A DNA stretch of 60,769 nt, filler included, from Hausera hauseri (taxonomy: Eukaryota), in assembly GCA_046269625.1 (NCBI GenBank). It is 10 parts of 10 records of this genome, joined end to end, with 100 filler letters (N's around TTAATTAATTAA, not from the genome) between each part and the next. Parts side by side here need not be neighbours in the genome. Positions count along the whole stretch, not along the records: positions 47,714 to 51,758 come from JBJURY010796646.1; positions 51,859 to 56,706 come from JBJURY010415144.1; positions 56,807 to 60,769 come from JBJURY010854633.1; 7 more parts are not named here. One strand, given 5' to 3'. A model generated the notes under the pieces. The model was not told the DNA's origin, searched no databases, and saw only the letters and a list, made by a program, of their open reading frames with translations. Below are positions 49,663-60,769 of the stretch, one piece after another. The first letter of the stretch is position 1. Every line of letters starts with the position of its first letter. Both the position numbers and the translations under genes were made by a program.

Positions 49663-50410
49663 AATGGCCGTTACAGAGAATAATTGAAAATGGAAACCGA
49701 AACCAAAACTGAAACCAAACCAATATTACATAGAAAAATCAATTTGAAAATTAGAATAATGTAAATAGTGTAGAACGGAAGCTGAACAACAATGGTTTAA
49801 TCATAATCAGTTTAATTGTATGGCCAAATTACGAAATATCCGGCGATAAATAATTGTAAATAAACTAGGATTATTGAAAATGATTTAATTGAAATGAGAA
49901 ACGGTTGTAAATAAACGGATCTCTACGACCATATAAGTCGATGTACAGAGACAGTAGTTGTCATTGTTAATCAGTCAGTATTCTACCAAATTCAGTCAGC
50001 ATTATTCAGAGGGTCCAAGATACCGAAAGACTTGACGATTTGTTTTCGAATCATTTACTTATTAATCGAAGCTTACTTGTGTTGCTGAACTGACATTCTC
50101 GTTATTGGTACGGTATAGTTATTGCTGTTAAATAAATTTTGTTGTATCTTAAAATCTACTATAGTTTTCCGTCACTCCTTACGAAGGACTTGCACCGCAC
50201 TAAGTTTTAAAATCGTTTTAAAAAGTTATAGTTAAGTTGAGGATTTTTTAATTTACGCAATCACTGCACGCAGTACACGCATCATAAAATAGTGCAAACA
50301 TTCTAACGTGAACGCTAGAACTTATCTGCTTAAATAATATTATCTCAAACTCGAATTTTACTCACTGTTATAGTTGGGTGTTGGATAGGGCCCACCTTCA
50401 ACTGCTAACA
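49655..50410 (+). repeat. 3' LTR (756 bp, TGTTA...TAACA)
   Basis: Inverted TGTTA/TAACA termini, upstream PPT, and a terminal motif shared with the other LTRs here. Confidence 0.82.
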
Positions 50411-50479
50411 TTATTAAATAATGTTTGGATCTTAAATTTCTTTGAATCCTATTATTATTGCAACAACCGTGGGGAAACT

Positions 50480-51090
50480 TTTCTGGGATACGGTGCACTT
50501 TCTAGTGCACTTGTGGTACTCCTTTACTCTTCACTACCACCAACTTGTACTTCCTTATCTTACATTTGTTTTTTCTTTGCAAGCTGCTGCATATTATCCG
50601 CCTGTGTCTCCTTGAACTGTCTCTATTTCTTTTTGTGCTTTTCCTAGAGGCTGCTGGACAAGTTTTCATTGTTTTAACACAGGCGAAATATTACTTTCGC
50701 CTGCTGTTCCACTTTGGCTCTCAGTCCTTCAGCAAAATATCTTTGTTCCTCATGTGCCTTTGAGATTGGGCCAGCTGTTCTTTCAATTTGCTCATTTCAA
50801 CGAAATCCTCAGTTGGCCGCGGCTTTGCCTGTATTTTGAATTTCTTGTCGAGGTTCACGTGGAACTGCGAATCTTTTGTATTGTCTAACATCATTATCTC
50901 AATTGATGTTTCGGCTTTCATCTTTGGATTGACATACTTTTTCGTAGGTCATATTCCTTTTGACATTTTCTTTTGTTTTTGTCCGTAATGGAAATACGCT
51001 CTTGCGTACTGCTGCAATTTCAACAGCCTTTATTAATTCTTCCAATCGACACTTCGCTATCCGACGCTGAATGGTTTCCTGCAAACAAGT
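50480..51090 (-). pseudogene. Unidentified decayed K/E-rich coding remnant
   Basis: Overlapping ORFs 50721-51084 with coding-like composition; no recognisable motif. Confidence 0.3.
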
Positions 51091-51681
51091 AGAAGTGAGC
51101 TATCCATCTCACTTCCCAAAAAGTGCCGAGATCGGCTTGGGACCAAGTTTTCTCCACCTATCTCGCAATTCTGAACATTTTATGTTTTGCAGTCGGAGAC
51201 CACCACCAGCCGGAAGCACATGTCATATGTCGCACATGTCGCCGGCGGAAATCGGTAGAGCTCAATAAGGCGAGAAAAATTTTACAGCGCGGCGAAAGTC
51301 CAAAATTTTACTGTACGGCGCTAGAAGCAAAATAAACAAAACAGGAAATATTTTATGAGAAACAATGCACGAGTTACGAATTGCGCAGTGTTCGGTGCAA
51401 ATGTCAAATCAGTGTCGAGAAATCGAATGACTACAATGTCAACGTTGTCTGACCATGGGAACAAGGAAAAAATAAATGGGGATAATTCAAACTCTAAAAA
51501 TTTCCCGTTGTCAAGTCTGCTGGTTGTGGAAATGGGTTGAGCACGTAGAACATCAGTAGTTGAGTATTTCCTATTATAGCAGCCTCACGATCAAACCAAT
51601 GGATACCGGTGAAGCATGTATCGAAATGGAACGAAAAGCATTGATAAAAGTCAAAATCATCTTCATCATCCTCGTTCTTTA

Positions 51682-51758
51682 GTTCGTTCGTTCGTTCGTT
51701 CGTTCGTTCGTTCGTTCGTTCGTTTGTTTGTTCGTTCGTTCGTTCGTTCGTTCGTTCG
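51682..51758. repeat. (GTTC)n tetranucleotide microsatellite
   Basis: Direct tandem repeat at the contig end. Confidence 0.97.
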
Positions 51759-51924
51759 NNNNNNNNNNNNNNNNNNNNNNNNNNNNNNNNNNNNNNNNNN
51801 NNTTAATTAATTAANNNNNNNNNNNNNNNNNNNNNNNNNNNNNNNNNNNNNNNNNNNNATTGATATTATTGATTTGCATTTTATAGCGGAAGAGCTTATG
51901 CGAAGTCTGCCTCAGTAGGCAATT

Positions 51925-52170
51925 ATTTCAAATCCAATCAACATATTTAAAATCTATATTTAAAATTTCATTCACATAGTGCATCATGTGCGCTTTCGAT
52001 TGCACCGGGTGCCATTCCCTAATCATCAATATTGCGTTTATCGAAAATCCGATATTATTGACTTTTGCAAACTTGCACATATGATGCACACCTGCACAGT
52101 ACACAGATACATGTGAACTGATGTGCACTATAGATTAGCATTTTGTTCTGATCGATTCGATCAATACCGC
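51925..52170 (-). repeat. Internal segment of the AGTAG repeat family
   Basis: Reverse complement resembles 20415-20635. Confidence 0.7.
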
Positions 52171-52479
52171 ATGTGAGGTTCTTCATAATCTACTAATTCC
52201 TTTTTGACAAATGAAATCTCTAAATCACAATGAGAATTTTTTAAATATGGTCTAACGGCTAAAACCCAAAAGCTTTATTTATTCACATATTTAAACAAAA
52301 ATCTTAATTTCCTAACCAAATTACCCATAGGATGAATGTGGGCACCACATCACTCCCGCTGGCAAAGTTTGGTTGCCTGTGGGAACCCATCCGGAGTCAT
52401 CTGGGATCCTAAATTCTGCACAGTCAACGAAAGCATCTCTCCAATGTTCAGCCCTGTTATGTTTGGAATTTACGATCAT

Positions 52480-53220
52480 CTAAAATCGTGCTTGCATTCC
52501 AACGTCTCCAATATCTAACATAGATACGTCAATATCAACAGTCCACTTATGTATTTGGCGTAAAACCAGTGAGTCCGATGTAACTGGTCTATTACATGAT
52601 TGAGTGGTATCACCTATGTGATTCAGTATATTCTCAGAAATAATCATTGGCGTATCTGGATCCTCGACAAATTGCTTAGCTGGCTCCCTTGAAATACAAA
52701 TCGGTTCCTGAGCACGATCTGAAGATTCGATATTTTCCAGGATTACAGGATTACTCGCAGGTACTGTATCTAAATTCTCCTGATTGCTTGAATGTTGTTT
52801 TTGTTCGCTTTGATCAATCGACGAAATTGCAGAAGATTCAGTTATTGTTGTAAATAGAGTCTGAATGCATTTTTCGTTTGTTATATTTAAGAGGAAATTC
52901 TGAGCTCTGTTATATGGATCGTCTGTATCGACAATACTTTCCAGTCCATTTAGTGTTTTCAGAAACTTTATTGGAACAAGGAAGAGGAAAGACAGAGCTC
53001 TGTCCATTGGACTCGTTGATAGTCTTTTTGACCACCTGTAATATATCAACATCCAAGGCAATGCGCTACCGTTTTTGAGAAAAAATAGCGCGCATTCAAA
53101 ATACTGTGGGTTTCCAGAAACAACGGTTTCTGGTAACCCACTTCTGACACCAATGTGGTATGTAGTATATTTCATTAATTTATTTAATGTGGAGGCTGCA
53201 GTAAGGAATTCCGGTAGCAA
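52480..53220 (-). CDS. Unknown ORF downstream of pPolB (probably continues, frameshifted, to ~52280)
   Basis: 246-aa open frame; C-terminal CGAHIHP motif duplicated at ~53400. Confidence 0.45.
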   Translation of the reverse strand: MLPEFLTAASTLNKLMKYTTYHIGVRSGLPETVVSGNPQYFECALFFLKNGSALPWMLIYYRWSKRLSTSPMDRALSFLFLVPIKFLKTLNGLESIVDTDDPYNRAQNFLLNITNEKCIQTLFTTITESSAISSIDQSEQKQHSSNQENLDTVPASNPVILENIESSDRAQEPICISREPAKQFVEDPDTPMIISENILNHIGDTTQSCNRPVTSDSLVLRQIHKWTVDIDVSMLDIGDVGMQARF

Positions 53221-53570
53221 TAATAATAATGATTAGACATTAACCAAATATCAAACAAAAATCACGAATTGATTGATATTGCATATATCCTTTGAAAAGC
53301 GAAAACTATTTATTTACCAAATTAAAATTGACAATCAACTTGGCATTGGAGTATCTAAACAACTGTCTTAATATATACAGATCGCCTATTGGGTGAATGT
53401 GGGCACCACAGTCGGACCCTACTATCGATCCCACGCGGTCATAGCAGACGCTCGGCCGTGCCCGAACAAAATGGACCAAAGGGCACCTGCCGCCATGGGC
53501 ACCACTACTGCGCTCTGTGATATTCTTCTTCTGTGATACCGGGCCATTGCGGTGATAATCCCTCTGTCGT

Positions 53571-55250
53571 CTAAAGCCGGTCGTGCGATATTGCAAAGTC
53601 ATACGAGAATATACCTTTGCTACGAGCAATATGTGTGGGGAACTGAGTCAATGTTAGCGGCAGATTTGGCAAGGCATTTACCATCTTTGCCAGAGATTCA
53701 TTGACAAATTGCAATGAATCAAGGAAGCGTGCCTGGAACCGGTTAATACGAGCAGACAGTGTCAGGTATTTCTCCATCGTAGTCGGAATTATGGATAGTT
53801 CCTTGTGTGGAAATCCGTTTATGGCCGATTTTAAAATATGGTGACAATCAACCCCGGAAGTTATGAAAAATCACCGGCAGGAATGGCAGCACAAACCTTG
53901 CCAAATTGCATGGATTGCATGCTGCTCCGAGATATCGTCCGATAAAATGGACGTAATTCGATACGAGCCGTTCTAATGCATAAAACGGTAATATTTCGTG
54001 GCTCAGGCAACATTCATCTGTGACTGCAAACGTCAGGCATTCACTTTATCTATCCACATCAAAAGTTTATTGCTATTTCTACTGTACAAGGATGCGATTT
54101 TTTTCTTTACTATAATTTCCAACTGCTGCAGAAAATTACGTACACAGTTCCAACCATGGAAAACGTAATACTACGGTTATCCGGCGATTTTTGTTGGTAC
54201 TAGCAACATACCCACAGCAGTTGGAATGTGCTTTTGATAGTATACATTGTGTCGTGGTAGAACGGCTTCAATATCGGCATACATCACATATACCGGGCTG
54301 TCCGTTTTTGATCAGTCACTGAATTTCAAACTTCTTTTTGACTGGCATAACATACATTGTGGTTCCTGAAGAAGTTTGCCTGTACAGAGATACGTGCTTT
54401 TCCCATCCCTCATTTGACCGGAATCCATGCAGACACACGGGACACCATTTGCAGCTTATACGCTTTTTGATGAACTGGTCATGGTCCATGTTCAACGATC
54501 TGTCCAAATTGGTCACGGCCGTGTAGTGAAACTTTTTATCGTTCTCCAATAGCAACAAATTTACTAGGTGTCCAACTGGATTTCGACTGCGGTAAATTAT
54601 GTCCTAGGTAAATTATGTCCTACACCGGTACCTCTACAATTGTGTTGAACCGGAACACGTAGACTGCCAGTGTCGGATTACGCCGTTCAAAAGCCGGAAT
54701 GGTTTTGAGTTTTATCGGCATCTAACACTCGTCGTAGTCTAATTCTGAGAAATACTTACTGTACTGTTTTGGACAATTTGCATGATGTCTGGACACTTGA
54801 TCATATTTCACTATGACCAGAATGCTGTAAATAAAGCAATATTCTTCGTTAGTGTTTTGTACATTCACTACCACCAGAGACTGCATTAAGGATACAGGTG
54901 TCGGTATGAATGAACGTCTGGACAGGTAAATCATGTCACTCGTCTTGGTCAGAATAAAGCCGAGAGTGACAATCTTTACAATTCGCGAACCACTGTCCTT
55001 TTCGGTGTAGTTGGCGAATTTTTCGTCAAGATTTTGGCCTAGATAGGCAATAAAATCCTCAGAATATGGTACGGCTTAATGTGACAGGTACCATTGTTTC
55101 CTGTCACCCCGCAGATTTTCAAATTCTGCAAGTGCATAATATAGCACTTTGCAGTGGTGTTGTTGAAATTTTGCCATCTCTGATTTCAACCAGTTACGCA
55201 CATTAGCAGGTACATCCTTCAATTGTGTTGCTGTTTTCGCCGACAGGTCA
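53571..55250 (-). pseudogene. pPolB N-terminal half, close paralog of 28801-30500; polymerase domain deleted
   Basis: NMDHDQFIKK..CKWCPVCLHGFRS, FLDSLQF, KGIFSYDF. Confidence 0.9.
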
Positions 55251-56806
55251 CCTTTATGTCCACGTACGATCTGTTCAGGTCGTACGTGACAGTAATGGGA
55301 GGTTTACGTTCCTGCTGCTGATGCTGACTTCTGTTGTTTTGAAAGTGTTCCTTAAGGCTTGCTAATTCTTGACGTTTCTTGCTGCTGCTTCTTACTGCGT
55401 CCATTAATATTTCCTTTTTCGATCTCTGAAACTAATTTAAGTTGTCTTTGTGGTTGATGTAGAATTGTTTACAGTTGACTTGTGTCTCAACTATATAACA
55501 ACCGGTGCATACATAGGCCCGTTTACTACATCTTTTGTTGTTGTTGTTGTTGTTACATTTCAGTATAAATACTTGTGCTTTTTTACGGTATGACATTACT
55601 ACATGTCCCATCTAACAGAACTCATTCGTTTATATCACTCGTTTGAAGGTCTCCGGAGTCACCTTTACAATCTTGATCAACCTTTACATGATGCACGATA
55701 CTTTTCTCCCGAAGCGATACTCCGGCGTGCTGATGAGAATTGGAGGGTACGAGAACCTTATTAACGACATATGAAGCAGCTTGTTGGTGTCATTGATATG
55801 ATATTCGATCAGTTGTTTCGAACCTATCGGAAATTGGCGTTATTACTATGCGGTGGATGGCAATCCATGTCAAATACGGTTTGTGGAAGAGTTTGTCAAA
55901 GGTGATTACATTCCAATGTGGCAGTCAGCAAATCGGATTTGTTTCAAGCAACATTGCAATGTAACTAATTCCGATGGACTCGTTCTTTCTCCTGCTGAAT
56001 TGATTAATGCGTGTGGTTTGTGTGGTGTTGATGGTGGTGCTCCAATTTTATCAATATTGGAGAATCTGGTTTAGTTGTACTACATAAATAGAAAAAAGTT
56101 TGATATGGACTTGATTGAGCTTCCGTAAGTCAAACAACATGAACATTATGCAAATAAAGATGTAGTCATTTGACCAATTTAATTGACAACAAAACAAAAA
56201 TGATCATGGGTAAAGTTACATAAAAGCAGATAATAATCAGTAATTCTACAACACACACAGAGAGGAAGGGTCGATTGTTTTGATGCGACAGAATATTTAA
56301 ATACAATTATCGATCGTTAATGTCTATTTAGAGACTTTGAGGATTACTCTATGTGCACTATGTACGAAAGTGTATTGATTTTCTATTTGGTTTTACTTTA
56401 AAAAGACCATTGTTTCTGGCCATTGATCGATATACAAATAACTTTAATCTATCTGTGAAGTACATATATATTACATTGTGTGCCATACATCTTATCATTG
56501 TCCGACCATTCAATTCGTCGATTAACTTAAGTGTTTGTGTGTGTCCGTGTGCTAGCAATCTGTCACGTTATGTTTCATTTCTTCATTGTCAACACACACA
56601 CACACTTCATCGCTGAGCGAATAAATCTTGAGACAATAATGTGACAATCAGTCTCCTTGTGAATAATAGCAGTAGTAGTACTCAATTAGGAGCTCGTCGT
56701 CGTCGTNNNNNNNNNNNNNNNNNNNNNNNNNNNNNNNNNNNNNNNNNNNNTTAATTAATTAANNNNNNNNNNNNNNNNNNNNNNNNNNNNNNNNNNNNNN
56801 NNNNNN

Positions 56807-57081
56807 CAATATAATTTTTCATCGTCCCTTAAGGACGATTTGCACTACACTAAGGGTAAAATCTTACTTAAATTCTGTAGCTAGGTTGAGAGAATCTAAC
56901 TTAAGACACGCAGTTTTATTGCACGCAGTACCGGAATCAAAAATTAATTTCTTTTTTATAAACCTTAAGGCACAATCAGATTATTCGAGAACGAGTAATC
57001 CTAACCTACTCATAGAGCGAATCTAAATTGGAATTAATATTGTTATAGTGGGAGAATGTAAGGGCCACCCTAACTATAACA
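56807..57081 (+). repeat. 3' part of an LTR with no PBS following
   Basis: Ends TGTTATAGTGGGAGA..TAAGGGCCACCCTAACTATAACA, nearly the same as the 17940 LTR end. Confidence 0.75.
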
Positions 57082-57083
57082 AC

Positions 57084-57596
57084 TGTATATAAATGTCAAT
57101 AATGCTAATAAAACGAGAATCAAGTTCAATAATAAAGCTCATGGAAAACTATATATACCCAAGAAAAACTGGTCCAAGTCAGAACAGCATTTCAGAGTAA
57201 ACGAAGGAGAATAAACCGGAATTTTTCAACTTGCAAAGAGAGACTAACATTAATTGATTCCTGTTTTATTCGAGTGACGAATCTGTATACGTTGTGTTAT
57301 TAAAGGGTATATTTGATTTCGTTGTTTTTAAATTCCATATAGTTTTCCCATCGCATCTTAAAAGCGATTTGACGACTTTAGGAGTAAAATATTTACTTAA
57401 ACTACATAGTTAAGAGGAGAAATTGGTAACGTGACGCAAGCACCTACATTCAGTACACGCAAGAGTTCTAAAGAAATTAACTATAAGTAAAGCACAAACA
57501 GTCTATTCCATAATGATGGACCGTACCTGCATAAAAATCGATTTAAACATTGTTATATAGAGGTAGATTGCGTAAAGGCCACCCCAATATATAACA
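57084..57596 (+). repeat. 5' LTR of a paralogous giant Gypsy copy
   Basis: Ends ATAACA before the PBS; 5' border uncertain. Confidence 0.65.
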
Positions 57597-57598
57597 TT

Positions 57599-57615
57599 TG
57601 GCGACCCTAGCAGGA
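57599..57615 (+). promoter_or_regulatory. Primer-binding site TGGCGACCCTAGCAGGA
   Basis: Identical to 17921-17937. Confidence 0.88.
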
Positions 57616-57919
57616 CATTTTGTACCTCGTTAGACTTTACTGTTGAGAGATAAATAAATACATACCGGTGAACAACGCCATTGACACCGAGTAATTTGAT
57701 ATAGCTGTAACTGAAAATTAAATAGGGTATATAGGCTATCAAACAGGGGATAAATAAACGATCAAATTTGAGAACAAATATTGATAAATCAAAAGCAAAC
57801 GTTCAAATTGGGAAAATAGAATCGAGTTAGACGTCATCGAGCAAAACGAGCAATTTAAAATCCCATTTGAGAAAAACCAAATCAATAAAGCAAACTTAGG
57901 GATAATTTACGCAACTAAT

Positions 57920-60769
57920 ATGGCAACGGATAACCCACCAGTAGCGCAGAAACCGGACATATTTACTTTTGATTCTCTGAATCTGCCGGCATATGTCGGT
58001 GACCCGGACGGACTTAATGAATTTTTGAGAACTTATAAATTGCATGCAGGTGCTAGCCTTGCTCTGAAGTGATAATTAATCGCTTGTCGTTGTATTTGAA
58101 AAATTTAGCCGCCGAGGCTTATAGCGAACTCACAAATGATGAAAAGAAATCTTGGTCATCCCTGGTAAAAGCATTAAACCGTAAATTACTACCGACGGTA
58201 ACACCACAGCAGAAGCTTTTGGCATTTCAGAATAGAGTACAACAAAAGGGTGAATCAGTAACCCAGTTCACATTCGCGTTGAAGAAGCTTTCTAACAGTT
58301 ATATAAACACACTGAGGATAGCCAATGTAGCTAGAGCCAAAACAGATGCGGAACGCGACGCCGCAGAAAACGCAACACCGCCAGACCTAGACGTTACGAT
58401 GACGACTCAATTAATTCATGGTATTTGGTCCCGAGATTTAGTTAAACAATTGATTTTGGCTAGACCTGGGAATTTTGAAGGAACTTTACAACTAGCCCAA
58501 GATTGGGAAATGGCACTCGACAGATATGTCAGACATAAAGATAGAAATAATGATCGATATGACCGTAATGATCAAAATTGGAATGACAGTCGTGGAAGAG
58601 ATGATAGACGATTTAATGGAAATAGAAATTATGATAATAGAAATAGTAACAACGATTACCGAAATAGTCAAAACAATAGTTATGTTAACGACCGAAATAT
58701 AAATAAGACAAATTTAACCCCGAATAGAATTCGAGGAAATTACAAAGGTCCTAACTATTCAAATCGCAATAATGATAATCGGAATAATAATAACCGAAGA
58801 AATACAGATAATGCTCAAAGTTTGCCGAACCAGTATAATAGAAGTATAAATAGACCTAAGTCACCTGTGAACGAAGACGGTCGACAAAGAGTCGGCAGAA
58901 ATGGAAATTTGGTTTGTTTCACTTCGGAGAAGAAGGACATATTCCAAGGTTATGTCCAAACTCACGTAGCGTTTCATTTACTGAGCCTAATAAGACTAGT
59001 ATGATTAAAGTTAACGAAAATTTAGAAGCAAAGTATGGTGTCCGTGGAGACACAGGTACTATTATTGATATACAAGACTTGCGAAAATTTCTAAATGTTC
59101 AGCCTGAGACTACTAACCCACAAATTCTAATTGCCAGAAAAGAATATGGGGACAAGCTGAGACTACTAGAAGTATATCATGGTTTAGCAAAACCAGAAAC
59201 TGACTATAAGCATGCGATAGCACTCAAGCGAATGGATATGACACGGAAAAAGAATGTTCCGATAAGTAATAAAATATCTGATAAACCAAAAACCTCGACA
59301 GAAGTCGACTTAGATGCACAGCCTAAGTTCATGGCTGAAAAAGTAGATAAATCTACCGATGACGATACAGCAGAAAAAAATTCATGGAGCCATTAATACT
59401 TAAAATGACGAAAAATAGAGGTCGTAGCCCTTCTTTAGAAACGATACGTAGAAGTCGTTCGCGTTTGCATATAACTGGAGAGAAAATAGAAGAAACAGAA
59501 AATACGAACATAGCTGTAGATAGCGACGTAGAGTCTAGCTTAAATACACCAGAAATCGGTCTATTCGTACCTACAGAGGTAAAAGAATCTACAGAGTCAA
59601 TTAACGAAGTTAACGAGATTTGCCCAGTTCCCACTAATGAGGAAGAAACGGTAAATATTGCTGATTTTGATTCAAGGAGATGGAAAGTTCGACGTTCGTG
59701 AAAAAACGCAGATGAGTTAAAGAAAATGAGAAATAAATGTCACAATTTAGAAATACTACAGCAAAATTTAGAAAGGCTTAAGCAGATTTGCGAGCAAGTA
59801 GATATATCCGGAAAAGAGCAACAGTTTGCTGAGAAGTTATATAAAAGTTTGAAATTATGCAGTGAAGGAAAACTTGACGAAGCGATCGACTTAGGACAAC
59901 CTGAAGAGGTATCCCCTGAAACATTGTTAAAATGGGAGCATGAATTAGAATCATGGATTAAAAGTGGAGTCGAATTTTCGGAAGGATGGAGCAAAAATGA
60001 AGATATTGTTGACGTGAAAGTCACTAAAGCTCAGACGTTATTGTCTACCTTGGAAACAAACCCATAATAAAGCGCATAATAAATGAAATTTGTTGTGCAA
60101 TGATTAATCGGCTTAGAGAAAAACCGGTTAGTAATCGAAGTAATATCGATTTAGAAATACTGGGTGTAGACCCAGTGGATAGTCCTCCCCTTATGTAGGT
60201 GATAAAAATTGCTTTTACCGTACCTAAACAATATACAAATTTTGAGAACCAAATCAAAACCGAAAATGAAAAGCGAGCACAGATTTATAGCTTGAGAAAC
60301 CGAATTATGTTCCCGAACCATGAGGATACCAAATACGTAGTAAAAGCTTGCCTCATAGAACTTGACGAGTACAAGGACGAGTTCGGGTACATCAGCCGGG
60401 TTATGAACTTTATTAAGGGCCCAGATGACAAATTAAAGGACGCATATAAAATGCTAGACGAGGCTATTATGGCAAAGCCAATAATCGCCAATCAATTGTC
60501 GGAATGGTCCGAATTAGTAACGCGACTAAGTAAATTAGTAGAAAACTGTAGGAAAGAATTTCCAGAGAGTGAGCCTCTATAAAGAAACAGTTAGAAGAAA
60601 GTGCATGTAATTTAGACACAATAAAGGCGGAAATAGACGTTCGAATTCAATTCAAAGCATTACAACGACTAAATTTTATGAAGAAGAAACAAGAAGCAAC
60701 GATATTAGAAGATATCTATAAAATGGTCAAAGAGACGAATTTTACAGCAAAGAGAAATATGACTTGCAA
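57920..60769 (+). mobile_element. gag + accessory region of a paralog of the 7970-18719 element (cut by the window end)
   Basis: Collinear matches: ALNRKLLPTVTPQ, RPKSPVNEDGRQR, EVYHGL, KNRGRSPSL, DISGKEQQF.EKLYK, LDEYK.EF. Confidence 0.9.

Noticed and set aside
51616-51810. ORF with RSFV repeats
   Set aside because: Translation of the (GTTC)n microsatellite running into Ns.
58500-58860. Asn/Arg/Asp-rich, prion-like or repeat-like stretch
   Set aside because: Low-complexity linker within gag, common in Gypsy elements and poorly conserved with its paralog.
1-60769. CRISPR arrays, rRNA/tRNA genes, prokaryotic operons
   Set aside because: No repeat-spacer arrays or structural RNA genes seen; tRNA-like matches are only retroelement PBSs, and the sequence is eukaryotic.

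Overview
This is eukaryotic (animal-like, AT-rich, with ~43-55 nt introns) genomic DNA. It consists of 10 separate contigs joined by artificial 100-nt N-TTAATTAATTAA-N linkers, so adjacency across linkers is meaningless. Nearly all of it is decayed mobile DNA. All family calls are by-eye motif recognition, with no database searches. Contents: (i) a partial intron-containing Domino/SRCAP gene. (ii) Several copies, from at least two lineages, of an unusually large Ty3/Gypsy LTR element with the order LTR-PBS-gag-[long helical region-ubiquitin-like domain-AT-hook]-signal peptide + chuvirus-like envelope glycoprotein-PR-RT-RNaseH. The env-like gene lies UPSTREAM of pol. Related LTR elements end in 3' accessory ORFs carrying a DEDDh/REX4-ISG20-like exonuclease fold or a RING finger just before the PPT and 3' LTR. 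(iii) Two ordinary Gypsy remnants, one of them CsRn1-like. (iv) Three decayed protein-primed PolB (Polinton/adintovirus-like) genes with conserved neighbouring ORFs and an AGTAG-starting repeat. (v) Intronless chimeras of host gene fragments (ABCA-GBE1-INTS3; ARMC9-CHD7/Kismet-possibly TOR) and an eEF2 pseudogene fragment. The best candidate for a novel system is the enveloped, Ubl-carrying giant Gypsy lineage.
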